This document shows, piece after piece, positions 29,618 through 37,172 of a stretch of 64,000 nt of DNA. The stretch comes from Acidobacteria bacterium Ga0077551 (GTDB lineage: Bacteria; Pseudomonadota; Alphaproteobacteria; Caulobacterales; Hyphomonadaceae): positions 817 through 64,816 of the forward strand of contig LNFC01000011.1 in assembly GCA_001464545.1 (NCBI GenBank), written 5' to 3'. How positions within the stretch are numbered: the stretch's first letter is position 1; each line of letters starts with the position of its first letter. A program made the translations under genes and the position numbers. The notes beneath the pieces were generated by a model. The model did no database searches. It worked only from the letters and a program-made list of their open reading frames with translations, and was not told the DNA's origin.

Positions 29618-30573
29618 GCTGGCCTGGCGTCTCCCAGCGCCGGGTTGCCACGAACGGAATTTCCCTGAACATCGCCGAGGCGGGCAAAGGCCCCCTCGTC
29701 CTGTTGCTGCACGGATTTCCGGAGTCCTGGTATTCCTGGCGTCACCAGTTCGCGCCGCTCGCGGCGGCCGGCTACCACGTCGTCGCGCCCGACATGCGCG
29801 GCTATGGCAAGAGCGACAGGCCCGCGGAGATCGCGGCATACTGCCAGTCCGAAGTCGTCAAGGACATCATCGGCCTCGTTCCCGCCCTCGGCTATAAGAC
29901 CGCCATTGTCATCGGCCATGACTGGGGCGCGCCCACCGCCTGGGCCACGGCTCTCAATCATCCGGATGTGGTAACTGCCGTGGGCGGACTGTCTGTCCCC
30001 TTCATGCCCCGCTCGCCCATCCAGCCGATGCCGATGCTGCGCGAGATGTTCAAGGGGCAGTTTTTCTACCAGCTCTATTTCCAGGAACCCGGCGTCGCCG
30101 AAGCCGAGTTCGAACGCGACATCCGCATGTGCCTGAAAAAGTTCCTTGTGCTCGGCGGCGGCGAGACGGACCTCGCCTCGCTTCCGGTGAAAGGCGAACA
30201 CGACGACATGTTCTCGAACATGCCGGAACCGAAGACCCTCCCGAAATGGCTGACCGAGGCAGACCTCGATTTCTTTGTCGAAGAATTCTCCCGCTCCGGC
30301 CTGCGCGGCCCGCTGAACTATTACCGCAACCACGACCTCTACTGGGAACACACCAAGGACGCTCCGACCTCGATCCGGCAACCGGCCATGTACGTGGCCG
30401 GAACACATGACGGCGTCGTGATGATGGCGGCGGCCGGCATCGAGATGATGCCGCATTTCGTGACCGATCTGCGGATCAACAAGATGATCCCCGGCATCGG
30501 CCACTGGACCCAGCAGGAAGCACCCGAAGCGGTCAACGAACTCATCCTGGATTTCCTCAAGCAGATCAATTGA
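29614..30573 (+). CDS. Alpha/beta hydrolase, epoxide hydrolase-like
   Basis: HGFPESWYSWRHQ and nucleophile motif GHDWGA. ATGA overlap with the preceding gene. Confidence 0.8.
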   Translation: MSWPGVSQRRVATNGISLNIAEAGKGPLVLLLHGFPESWYSWRHQFAPLAAAGYHVVAPDMRGYGKSDRPAEIAAYCQSEVVKDIIGLVPALGYKTAIVIGHDWGAPTAWATALNHPDVVTAVGGLSVPFMPRSPIQPMPMLREMFKGQFFYQLYFQEPGVAEAEFERDIRMCLKKFLVLGGGETDLASLPVKGEHDDMFSNMPEPKTLPKWLTEADLDFFVEEFSRSGLRGPLNYYRNHDLYWEHTKDAPTSIRQPAMYVAGTHDGVVMMAAAGIEMMPHFVTDLRINKMIPGIGHWTQQEAPEAVNELILDFLKQIN

Positions 30574-30585
30574 ACGGCAACGCCC

Positions 30586-32112
30586 ATGTCAAAAACCGAA
30601 ACAGTCATCGTCATCGGCGCCGGCATCGGCGGCCTCTGCACGGCCCTGATGCTGGCCCCGAGCGGGCGCGCCATCACATTGCTCGAGCGGGACGGCCCGA
30701 TCGAAAGCCAGGACCCGGACCAGCTTTTCCGCGACTGGCGCCGCACGGGCGTCGGCCATGTGCGCCAGAGCCACGCCTTCCTGGCGCGCCTGCGCACCAT
30801 CATGAAGGCCGAGCATCCCCAGTTGCTGGAGCAGCTGAAAACCCTCGGCGTCCGAGAACTGACATTCGACAACATGCTGACCCCGCCGCAGCAGGCGCTC
30901 TACACGCCCCAGCCGCAGGACGAAGAACTGACCTTCATCACCAGCCGCCGCACGACGCTCGAGTTCGCCATGCGCCGCTATGTCGAAACGCTCGGTAACG
31001 TGACTATCCGGTCCGGCTTCCTGGTCCGCCGCCTCGTCACATCCAAGGCAGCGGACGGCGTCATCAATGTCACCGGCGTCACCGGCGAGCAGGACGGCGC
31101 CGAGACCACCCTAACTGCCGATGTGATCGTCGACACCACCGGCAAGAGCGGCTTCACCTTCGACCAGCTCGTCGAAGAAGGCGCCAATGTCCGCGAAGAG
31201 AAAGAAGACGCCGGCATCCTCTATTTCACCAAGCATTACCGCCTGAAGCCGGGCCAGCCGGAACCGGATCGCAACGAGCACCCGCCCGCGAGCGGCGACC
31301 TCGGCTACCTCAAGTACGGCGTCTTCCCGGGCGACAATGGCAACTTCTCCATCACCATCGCCCTGCCGGAAGTCGAACTCGAGCTGCGCAAGTCGATCCT
31401 CAATCCGGAAATCTTCCACCAGATCACCCTGAACCTGCCCGGGCTTCATCCGTGGACGAACAGCACGCGGTCCGAGCCGACCAGCAAGGTGTTCGGCATG
31501 GGCGACCTCGTCAGCCGCTGGCGCGATCTCGTCATCGACGGCAAGCCCGCCACGCGCGGCTACTTCGCCCTCGGCGACACGCTGATCCGCACCAACCCGC
31601 TCTATGGCCGGGGCTGTTCCTTCGCCGCTGTAGGCGCGCAGCAGCTGCGCAAGACGCTCGACGAGACCGCCGACCCAACCCAACGCGCCATCCTGCTCCA
31701 CCAGCGCCTCGAAGCGGAGCTGCGCCCCTTCTATCTCACCCAGCGCCGCCAGGATCGCACCGCCATCAAGCGCGCCCGCGAAACGCTGACACCCGGCTTC
31801 AAGCCGAAGTTCAAGGCGAAACTGATGCAGAGCTTCGTCGACGACGGCATCCGCATCGCCGTGCGCTCCGATGTCCGCCTGCTGCGCGAAGCAATGCGCG
31901 GCTTCCACATGCTCGAGCATCCGGACAAGTGGCTCGGCAAGCCGAACAATCTCGCCACGGTCCTGTACTACTGGGCGCGCGGCAAGAAGCTCAACGCCGC
32001 CGCCTATCCGCCAAGTGCGGGACCGGAGCGTCAGGAAATGATGCAGGCCCTGAATCTCGACTACCGGGCTGACCTCATTGCGCCGCCCGAAGAAACCCGG
32101 CTCGCCGCATGA
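30586..32112 (+). CDS. FAD-dependent oxidoreductase
   Basis: N-terminal dinucleotide fold VIVIGAGIGGLCTALMLA...LLERD. 508 aa. Confidence 0.7.
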   Translation: MSKTETVIVIGAGIGGLCTALMLAPSGRAITLLERDGPIESQDPDQLFRDWRRTGVGHVRQSHAFLARLRTIMKAEHPQLLEQLKTLGVRELTFDNMLTPPQQALYTPQPQDEELTFITSRRTTLEFAMRRYVETLGNVTIRSGFLVRRLVTSKAADGVINVTGVTGEQDGAETTLTADVIVDTTGKSGFTFDQLVEEGANVREEKEDAGILYFTKHYRLKPGQPEPDRNEHPPASGDLGYLKYGVFPGDNGNFSITIALPEVELELRKSILNPEIFHQITLNLPGLHPWTNSTRSEPTSKVFGMGDLVSRWRDLVIDGKPATRGYFALGDTLIRTNPLYGRGCSFAAVGAQQLRKTLDETADPTQRAILLHQRLEAELRPFYLTQRRQDRTAIKRARETLTPGFKPKFKAKLMQSFVDDGIRIAVRSDVRLLREAMRGFHMLEHPDKWLGKPNNLATVLYYWARGKKLNAAAYPPSAGPERQEMMQALNLDYRADLIAPPEETRLAA

Positions 32113-32801
32113 CCGATGCGACCATCGCGAGCGATCTGGGCCGGCGCGAACAGGCGAAAGCCGACCGCCGCCTGAAGATCGTGCGCGCTGCGCGCGATCT
32201 CATCCGCGAGACGGGCGACACGAACCTATCCATGCGGATGATCGCGCAGCGCGCCGAAGTCAGCGTCGCGACGCCCTACAACCTGTTTGGCTCCAAACGC
32301 GCCGTTGTAATGGCCGTCCTCGAGGATGAGCGCGATTTCCTGCACCGTTTCATGGCGTTGAAAGTTGATAACGCCATTGACCGCATCTTCGAAGCCCACG
32401 CCCTCGGCGCCGGCTATTTCATTCAGGACCCGGACTTCTACCGGCCGCTCTGGAAAGCGCTTCTGGACACCAATGGCGAAGACAATACCGGTCTCGCCAC
32501 GCCCGAGCGCCAGGAACAGACCCGCGCCGCCTGGCGCTGGCTGATCGTGCAGGCCCAGGACGAGGGCCTGCTGCAGGCCGCCATGCCGGCCGAAATCCTG
32601 GAACGGACGCTCTCGCATCTTGGCAACGGTATCATGCTCAGCTGGGCGATGGGCACGATGCCGACGCGCGAACTGCTGCCCACAGCCGCCCTCGGCTACG
32701 CCCTCATCCTCGCCTCGGCCGCCACGCCCAAAGGGCGCCCCCTCCTCGACAAGCAGATTTCCAGAAACCGCAAGCTGCTCGGCAAGCCCGGCGACATGTA
32801 G
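32109..32801 (+). CDS. TetR/AcrR-family transcriptional regulator
   Basis: HTH region LSMRMIAQRAEVSVATPYNLFGSKRAVV. ATGA overlap with the oxidoreductase gene. Confidence 0.85.
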   Translation: MTDATIASDLGRREQAKADRRLKIVRAARDLIRETGDTNLSMRMIAQRAEVSVATPYNLFGSKRAVVMAVLEDERDFLHRFMALKVDNAIDRIFEAHALGAGYFIQDPDFYRPLWKALLDTNGEDNTGLATPERQEQTRAAWRWLIVQAQDEGLLQAAMPAEILERTLSHLGNGIMLSWAMGTMPTRELLPTAALGYALILASAATPKGRPLLDKQISRNRKLLGKPGDM

Positions 32802-32805
32802 CCCG

Positions 32806-33555
32806 TCAGCCGGCGCCTGTCCCCACGAGCAGGCCCCGCGCTGTCAATCGCTCCCACGCCTCTTCCGCATCATCCACGATGTCGAACAGGCCAAGGTCGG
32901 CCGGGCTGATCATGCCGGTCTCGGCCAGCGCTTCGAAGTTGATGATCCGTGTCCAGAACGCCCGGTCATACAGCACGATCGGAATCGCAGGCGCTTTTCC
33001 CGTCTGCGAAATCGTCAACAGTTCGAAGAGTTCATCCAGCGTCCCGAAGCCGCCAGGGAAAATCACCAATGCGCGCGCCCGCATCGCGAAATGCATCTTT
33101 CGCATCGCGAAATAGTGAAACTTGAAACTGAGTTCCGGTGTGATGTAAGGGTTAGGCGCCTGCTCATGCGGGATAGCAATGTTCAGCCCGATGGACATCG
33201 CGCCCGCGTCCTGCGCGCCGCGGTTGGCCGCTTCCATGATCCCCGGACCGCCGCCGGTGACGATCACGTTGTCATGCCAGGGTTCGCGGTCCGCCAGCGC
33301 CCCGCCGCGCTCCGAGGCAATCCGCGCAAAAGTTCGCGCCGCGTTATAGGTCTTCGCTTGCCAGTCGCCGCCATCCTCAAGGATGCGCGCACTGCCGAAC
33401 ACCACGATCGTCGAGCGGATGCGGCGCGCGCGCATGTGCTCCTCCGCCTTCGCATACTCCATCATGAACCGCGCGCCGCGCATCGAGTCGCCGAGGATGA
33501 ACTCCTGGTCCAGCGCCGCCAGTTGATAGCTTTCGTCTTTCGTCCGGTCGGTCAT
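32806..33555 (-). CDS. LOG-family (TIGR00730) nucleotide phosphoribohydrolase
   Basis: Motifs GGGPGIMEA and PGGFGTLDELFE. Confidence 0.85.
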   Translation of the reverse strand: MTDRTKDESYQLAALDQEFILGDSMRGARFMMEYAKAEEHMRARRIRSTIVVFGSARILEDGGDWQAKTYNAARTFARIASERGGALADREPWHDNVIVTGGGPGIMEAANRGAQDAGAMSIGLNIAIPHEQAPNPYITPELSFKFHYFAMRKMHFAMRARALVIFPGGFGTLDELFELLTISQTGKAPAIPIVLYDRAFWTRIINFEALAETGMISPADLGLFDIVDDAEEAWERLTARGLLVGTGAG

Positions 33556-33759
33556 GCACTTTCAGTCCTGATGGAGGGCCACTTGTTGCCTAGCTAGTGG
33601 CGCGCGCGGCGGCCTGTGGCAACAACCAGTTGGAGCTGACGATATGCGATGTCGGTCTCGCCTCCGTAGTTTCACGGATGTCCTTTCTCCCGAGAAAAGC
33701 ACAGGGTCCGGCTGCGGCGCTGCTTTCCAGCGTGCGCTCACACCAGAAAGGTTTTGCCC

Positions 33760-34599
33760 ATGGCGGTTCGCGACATTTCTGTTTGCATTTCGTCGCTTGA
33801 GTCCGATTTTGCATTGCTCCATCAGGCTGCCGCTCTGTCTGAAGCCTGGGCAGCGCATCTGAGCTGCTGCGCCATCGGCATCCAGCCCGCGCCCGCCTAT
33901 TCTGACGGGATGATCGGAACGATGGAAGTCGTCGCGGCGCAATTTCAGGCGGGTGAAGCTGAAATCCTCAAGTTCCGCAAAGACCTCCATATCCACATCA
34001 AGGAAAAACTGCCGGCCATTGAGCTTCGCGAAACGCGGGCCTTCGCGGCCGGTATCGCCGATGTGACTTCCGTGTATGCGCGGTATGCGGACATTCTGGT
34101 CACGCGCATGCCGGAGAAGTCCGATACGGTGCGCCATGGCGAGATCATTGAAGGCGGCCTCTTTGGCGGCGGGCGGCCCGTTCTGGTCTTGCCGAAGGAC
34201 TGGAAGCCCGCGCCGTTGGGGGCTCGGGTCCTGTTTGCCTGGGACTCCAGCCGCGAGGCTTCGCGTGCCATTCATGATGCGCTGCCCCTGCTCGCGCCGG
34301 GCGCTGAAGTGTGCGTCACCACGGTCGATGCCCAGATCGGCTGGAAGAAACATGGCGAAGCGCCGGGCCTTGATATTGCGGCACATCTTGCCCGTCATGG
34401 ACTGCGCGTCACGGTGCGCAATGAGGACAGTCTCGGCAAACCGGTGGGCCAGCGCCTTGCCGATAGTGCCAACGATTTCAATGCAGACATGATTGTCATG
34501 GGGGCCTACCGGCATTCCAAGCTCGCCCAGCGGCTGATTGGCGGGCCGAGCCATTTCCTGATTTCCGGATCTCCGCTACCTGTATTCCTGTCGCGTTGA
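33760..34599 (+). CDS. Universal stress protein (tandem USP domains)
   Basis: C-terminal DMIVMGAYRHSKLAQRLIGGPSHFLISGSPLPVFLSR. ATG 33760 is preferred, with TTG 33754 as an alternative. Confidence 0.75.
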   Translation: MAVRDISVCISSLESDFALLHQAAALSEAWAAHLSCCAIGIQPAPAYSDGMIGTMEVVAAQFQAGEAEILKFRKDLHIHIKEKLPAIELRETRAFAAGIADVTSVYARYADILVTRMPEKSDTVRHGEIIEGGLFGGGRPVLVLPKDWKPAPLGARVLFAWDSSREASRAIHDALPLLAPGAEVCVTTVDAQIGWKKHGEAPGLDIAAHLARHGLRVTVRNEDSLGKPVGQRLADSANDFNADMIVMGAYRHSKLAQRLIGGPSHFLISGSPLPVFLSR

Positions 34600-34607
34600 G
34601 GAAGACC

Positions 34608-34985
34608 ATGATCCAGCCTTTCAGACTGCATCCTGCTACGGCCCTGCTCTGCCTTGCCCTTCCGCTGGTAGCGCTTGGGGCTTGCTCAAATACGGGTGCA
34701 TCGCCGGCATCTGAAGCCGCCTTGGCTTCGCCGACCTTGCCAGGTCAGGAAATTGCAACGCGCCTCTGCTCCGGCTGTCATGCGATCGGCCGGACGGATG
34801 AAAGTCCGCACCCGGACGCATTGCCCTTCCGCAAGATTTCGATTCGGTATCCGGTTCGGAATCTTGAGGAGGCTCTTGGGGAGGGGATTTTTGTGGGGCA
34901 TCCGGATATGCCGCCATTCCAACTGGAGCCGGATGATATTGACGAGCTACTCGACTATATCGAGTCCATTCAGGATCCCGCGTAA
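34608..34985 (+). CDS. c-type cytochrome, probable lipoprotein
   Basis: Haem-binding CSGCH, lipobox-like LGAC, and GAGGAAG RBS before ATG 34608. Confidence 0.75.
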   Translation: MIQPFRLHPATALLCLALPLVALGACSNTGASPASEAALASPTLPGQEIATRLCSGCHAIGRTDESPHPDALPFRKISIRYPVRNLEEALGEGIFVGHPDMPPFQLEPDDIDELLDYIESIQDPA

Positions 34986-35086
34986 TCTCTGAGCGCGAAA
35001 ACTGTTGCACAGGTTTGGCCTTGTCCCGCGCATTTCGCTTATAACGACTGGCAAATCGCCGCGCGAACCCGACTGGGTTCCAGCAG

Positions 35087-35095
35087 TGGTATAAT
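35087..35095 (+). promoter_or_regulatory. Extended -10 element TGgTATAAT in an 818-bp intergenic region
   Basis: Perfect TATAAT (35090..35095) with TG at 35087..35088. No good -35 element. Confidence 0.3.
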
Positions 35096-35354
35096 GCCTG
35101 CATTTTCCGCGCCGACCGCCTCTCCCCGAAACACGCCGGCGCCCCGGCATCGCGTTGGGCTGTGCACAGTGTTGCGCAAGACGCGTTCAAAACGCCTCGA
35201 ATGTCTCTCGCCTTGTGTCGTTTTCTTCTCAACGGCTCTCACCCGGCTCTCAAAGATTCTCATTCATTATCACTTCTTATCGCTCGCTCTCGCACCGCTC
35301 TCGCCTCTGGGCATCCATAGGGGTATGCGGATGAAGCGAATAATTTTGCCGGCC

Positions 35355-35368
35355 CTGATGCGCATCAG
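35355..35368. promoter_or_regulatory. Perfect 14-bp palindrome CTGATGCGCATCAG (Crp/Fnr-type TGA-N6-TCA core)
   Basis: Read directly from the sequence. A Crp/Fnr-family gene lies about 440 bp away. Confidence 0.35.
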
Positions 35369-35433
35369 TGAGGAATCCGAAAAGCCACTGTAGGTTGTTC
35401 CACGTGGGCTTGGTCACTGAAAAGGATTCTCCG

Positions 35434-35637
35434 ATGGCTGATCGACCACTGACGCTCACCGCCAGATCGCTCGACCTGAGAATGAGCGAAGTAAAGTCCG
35501 CCTGCGATGCGCTGCCGCCTGGCGCGCGGAAGTCGGTTTCGCTTCGGCGTTATCTCTCGGCAGAGCGCGCCAAGACTTCGGGCGATACAATAGAATGCAG
35601 CCGCCGTCTGGATGCTGCACTCCTGACACTCAAATAG
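35434..35637 (+). CDS. Possible small ORF (67 aa), hypothetical
   Basis: AAGGA 8 nt upstream of the ATG, but GC3 is lower than in neighbouring genes and several rare codons occur (AGA, ATA, GTA). Confidence 0.2.
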   Translation: MADRPLTLTARSLDLRMSEVKSACDALPPGARKSVSLRRYLSAERAKTSGDTIECSRRLDAALLTLK

Positions 35638-35803
35638 TCCGCACACATGACAACCATGCACCTCTCCCTCCAAGGCGCGCTGAGTGGTTGTTATCTGCGT
35701 TGGGACTCCGGCGCGTGCAGCCACACTCTGCATAGGCTGTGATTGAGTGTTTATGGGCGGCAGCCCTGATTTCCCCCAATTGGGGCTGCCGCTTCCCCCG
35801 GGT

Positions 35804-36676
35804 TCAGGCGCCGGGCCGCGAGTGGGCCGACAGGTATCCTGAATCGAAGTCGGCAAGCCTGACGAGGCCGTCGCGGTCAAGGATCTCGACATTGCCGCTT
35901 CGGACATGCAGCAGCCGGGCGAGGCGCAGCTGTTTCAGAATCCGGTTCAGATGTTCGGCCGACAAGCCCAGCGCATCGGCGACGACATATTGCGAAAGCG
36001 GACATTCGTAGGCGTTCAGGAGGCCGGTGTCGCTGTCGCCCAGACGGACCGACAGTTCGAGGAAGAAATGCGCCGTGCGTTCGCGGGCGCTGCGGCGTCC
36101 GAGGCTGACAAGCCGTTCCTCGAGCATCGCATGGGCGCGGGCGTGGTCCCAGAACATGGCCCGTGCAAGCCCCGGCGCGAGCGCGAGGGCGCTGGAGAGG
36201 CGGTCGATACCGATTTCGGAAACTTCAGTATCGGTGATCGTCGACACATTGTGGCCGTGGAGAACGGCTTCGGAGGGAAATGCCTGTGCGGGCGGATACC
36301 CGATCAGATCGCCCGGGACGTATACGGACAGAATCTGGCGTGCCCCGGAGGGCAAGGACCGGTGGGCGCAGGCCCAACCCTTGTGCAGGATGAAGGCGCG
36401 TATCGAGGGCTGACCGCGGCTGACGAGTGCGGTGTTGCCGTCATAGGAGCGCTGCTGAACGATAAGCGTGGCGAGGATGCCGCGTTCCTCAGCCGAGAGG
36501 CGGCCGGCGGCGCGGCCTTCGGAAACCGTGCGAGTATGCGAGCCGTCCATTGCGCTGGCCTGTTCGACAGCGCGGTCATGGTCTTCCGGGCTGTCATCCC
36601 AAACGGCCGCGCTGCCGACCGGGCGGCGCACAGACAGCGGGCTCAGGCGCCGCGTGTTGTCCAACTCTTCAGTCAT
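35804..36676 (-). CDS. Crp/Fnr-family transcriptional regulator with ~70-aa N-terminal extension
   Basis: cNMP-binding-like barrel (ILHKGWACAH...VYVPGDLIGYP) and C-terminal HTH LSQYVVADALGLSAEHLNRILKQLR. Confidence 0.8.
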   Translation of the reverse strand: MTEELDNTRRLSPLSVRRPVGSAAVWDDSPEDHDRAVEQASAMDGSHTRTVSEGRAAGRLSAEERGILATLIVQQRSYDGNTALVSRGQPSIRAFILHKGWACAHRSLPSGARQILSVYVPGDLIGYPPAQAFPSEAVLHGHNVSTITDTEVSEIGIDRLSSALALAPGLARAMFWDHARAHAMLEERLVSLGRRSARERTAHFFLELSVRLGDSDTGLLNAYECPLSQYVVADALGLSAEHLNRILKQLRLARLLHVRSGNVEILDRDGLVRLADFDSGYLSAHSRPGA

Positions 36677-36698
36677 GGACCCCCCGTTTCGTTGGAGC

Positions 36699-36842
36699 TT
36701 ACCGGCGACCCTGGATTACCTGGACCAGCACGATGATGATGGCGACGACGATCAGGATGTGGATGAAGCCGCCCAGCGTGTATGAGCTGACGAGGCCCAG
36801 AGCCCACAGGACGATCAGGACGATAGCAACGGTCCACAGCAT
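36699..36842 (-). CDS. Lmo0937-family small membrane protein (47 aa)
   Basis: MLWTVAIVLIVLWALGLVSSYTLGGFIHILIVVAIIIVLVQVIQGRR. Strong AAGGAGG RBS. It ends 22 nt before the Crp-like gene start. Confidence 0.8.
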   Translation of the reverse strand: MLWTVAIVLIVLWALGLVSSYTLGGFIHILIVVAIIIVLVQVIQGRR

Positions 36843-36949
36843 GGCAGGCCTCCTTGGCAGATCGTGACAGGCGCCACTCGGGCGACTGCAGGGCGCGGTA
36901 TCAACCGCGTCCTGCAATCGCCGTTGCGCATTCCCCGGCAGACAAGCCG

Positions 36950-36964
36950 GCGCCATCATGGCGC
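36950..36964. promoter_or_regulatory. 15-bp palindrome GCGCCAT-C-ATGGCGC in a divergent intergenic region
   Basis: Read directly from the sequence. It lies between the Lmo0937-family gene and the megakinase gene. Confidence 0.2.
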
Positions 36965-37116
36965 TGGCAAAGTCGAAATTATCGAGCCTGACGCATAATC
37001 TGCCGCGGCTGGAGCGGCGAGGGTCGGAATCTACTTACCGGCGACGGGTGCGGAGCCAGGCAGCGGGTCCAGGCCGGTGGAATGTCCGTATTTCCCGGGC
37101 ATGGCTTTCTCCGCAC

Positions 37117-37148
37117 ATTCCCAGATTCTGTGTTAGAGATTCCCAGAT
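37117..37148 (+). promoter_or_regulatory. Two exact ATTCCCAGAT direct repeats spaced 22 nt centre-to-centre, upstream of the megakinase gene
   Basis: 37117..37126 and 37139..37148, ending 25 nt before ATG 37173. Confidence 0.3.
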
Positions 37149-37172
37149 GCGGCCGAATTGAAGGCGCCAATC

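Noticed and set aside
35365-35907. 180-aa minus-strand ORF in the long intergenic region
   Set aside because: It overlaps the 3' end of the Crp-like gene and a hairpin at about 35755..35795. The composition is not coding-like and no motifs are present.
36903-36927. EcfG-like motif upstream of the Lmo0937-family gene (minus strand GCAAC-N16-GGTT)
   Set aside because: There are mismatches in both the -35 and -10 elements, making it too degenerate to call. A similar weak GCAAC-N16-CGAT lies upstream of the USP gene (about 33619..33643).
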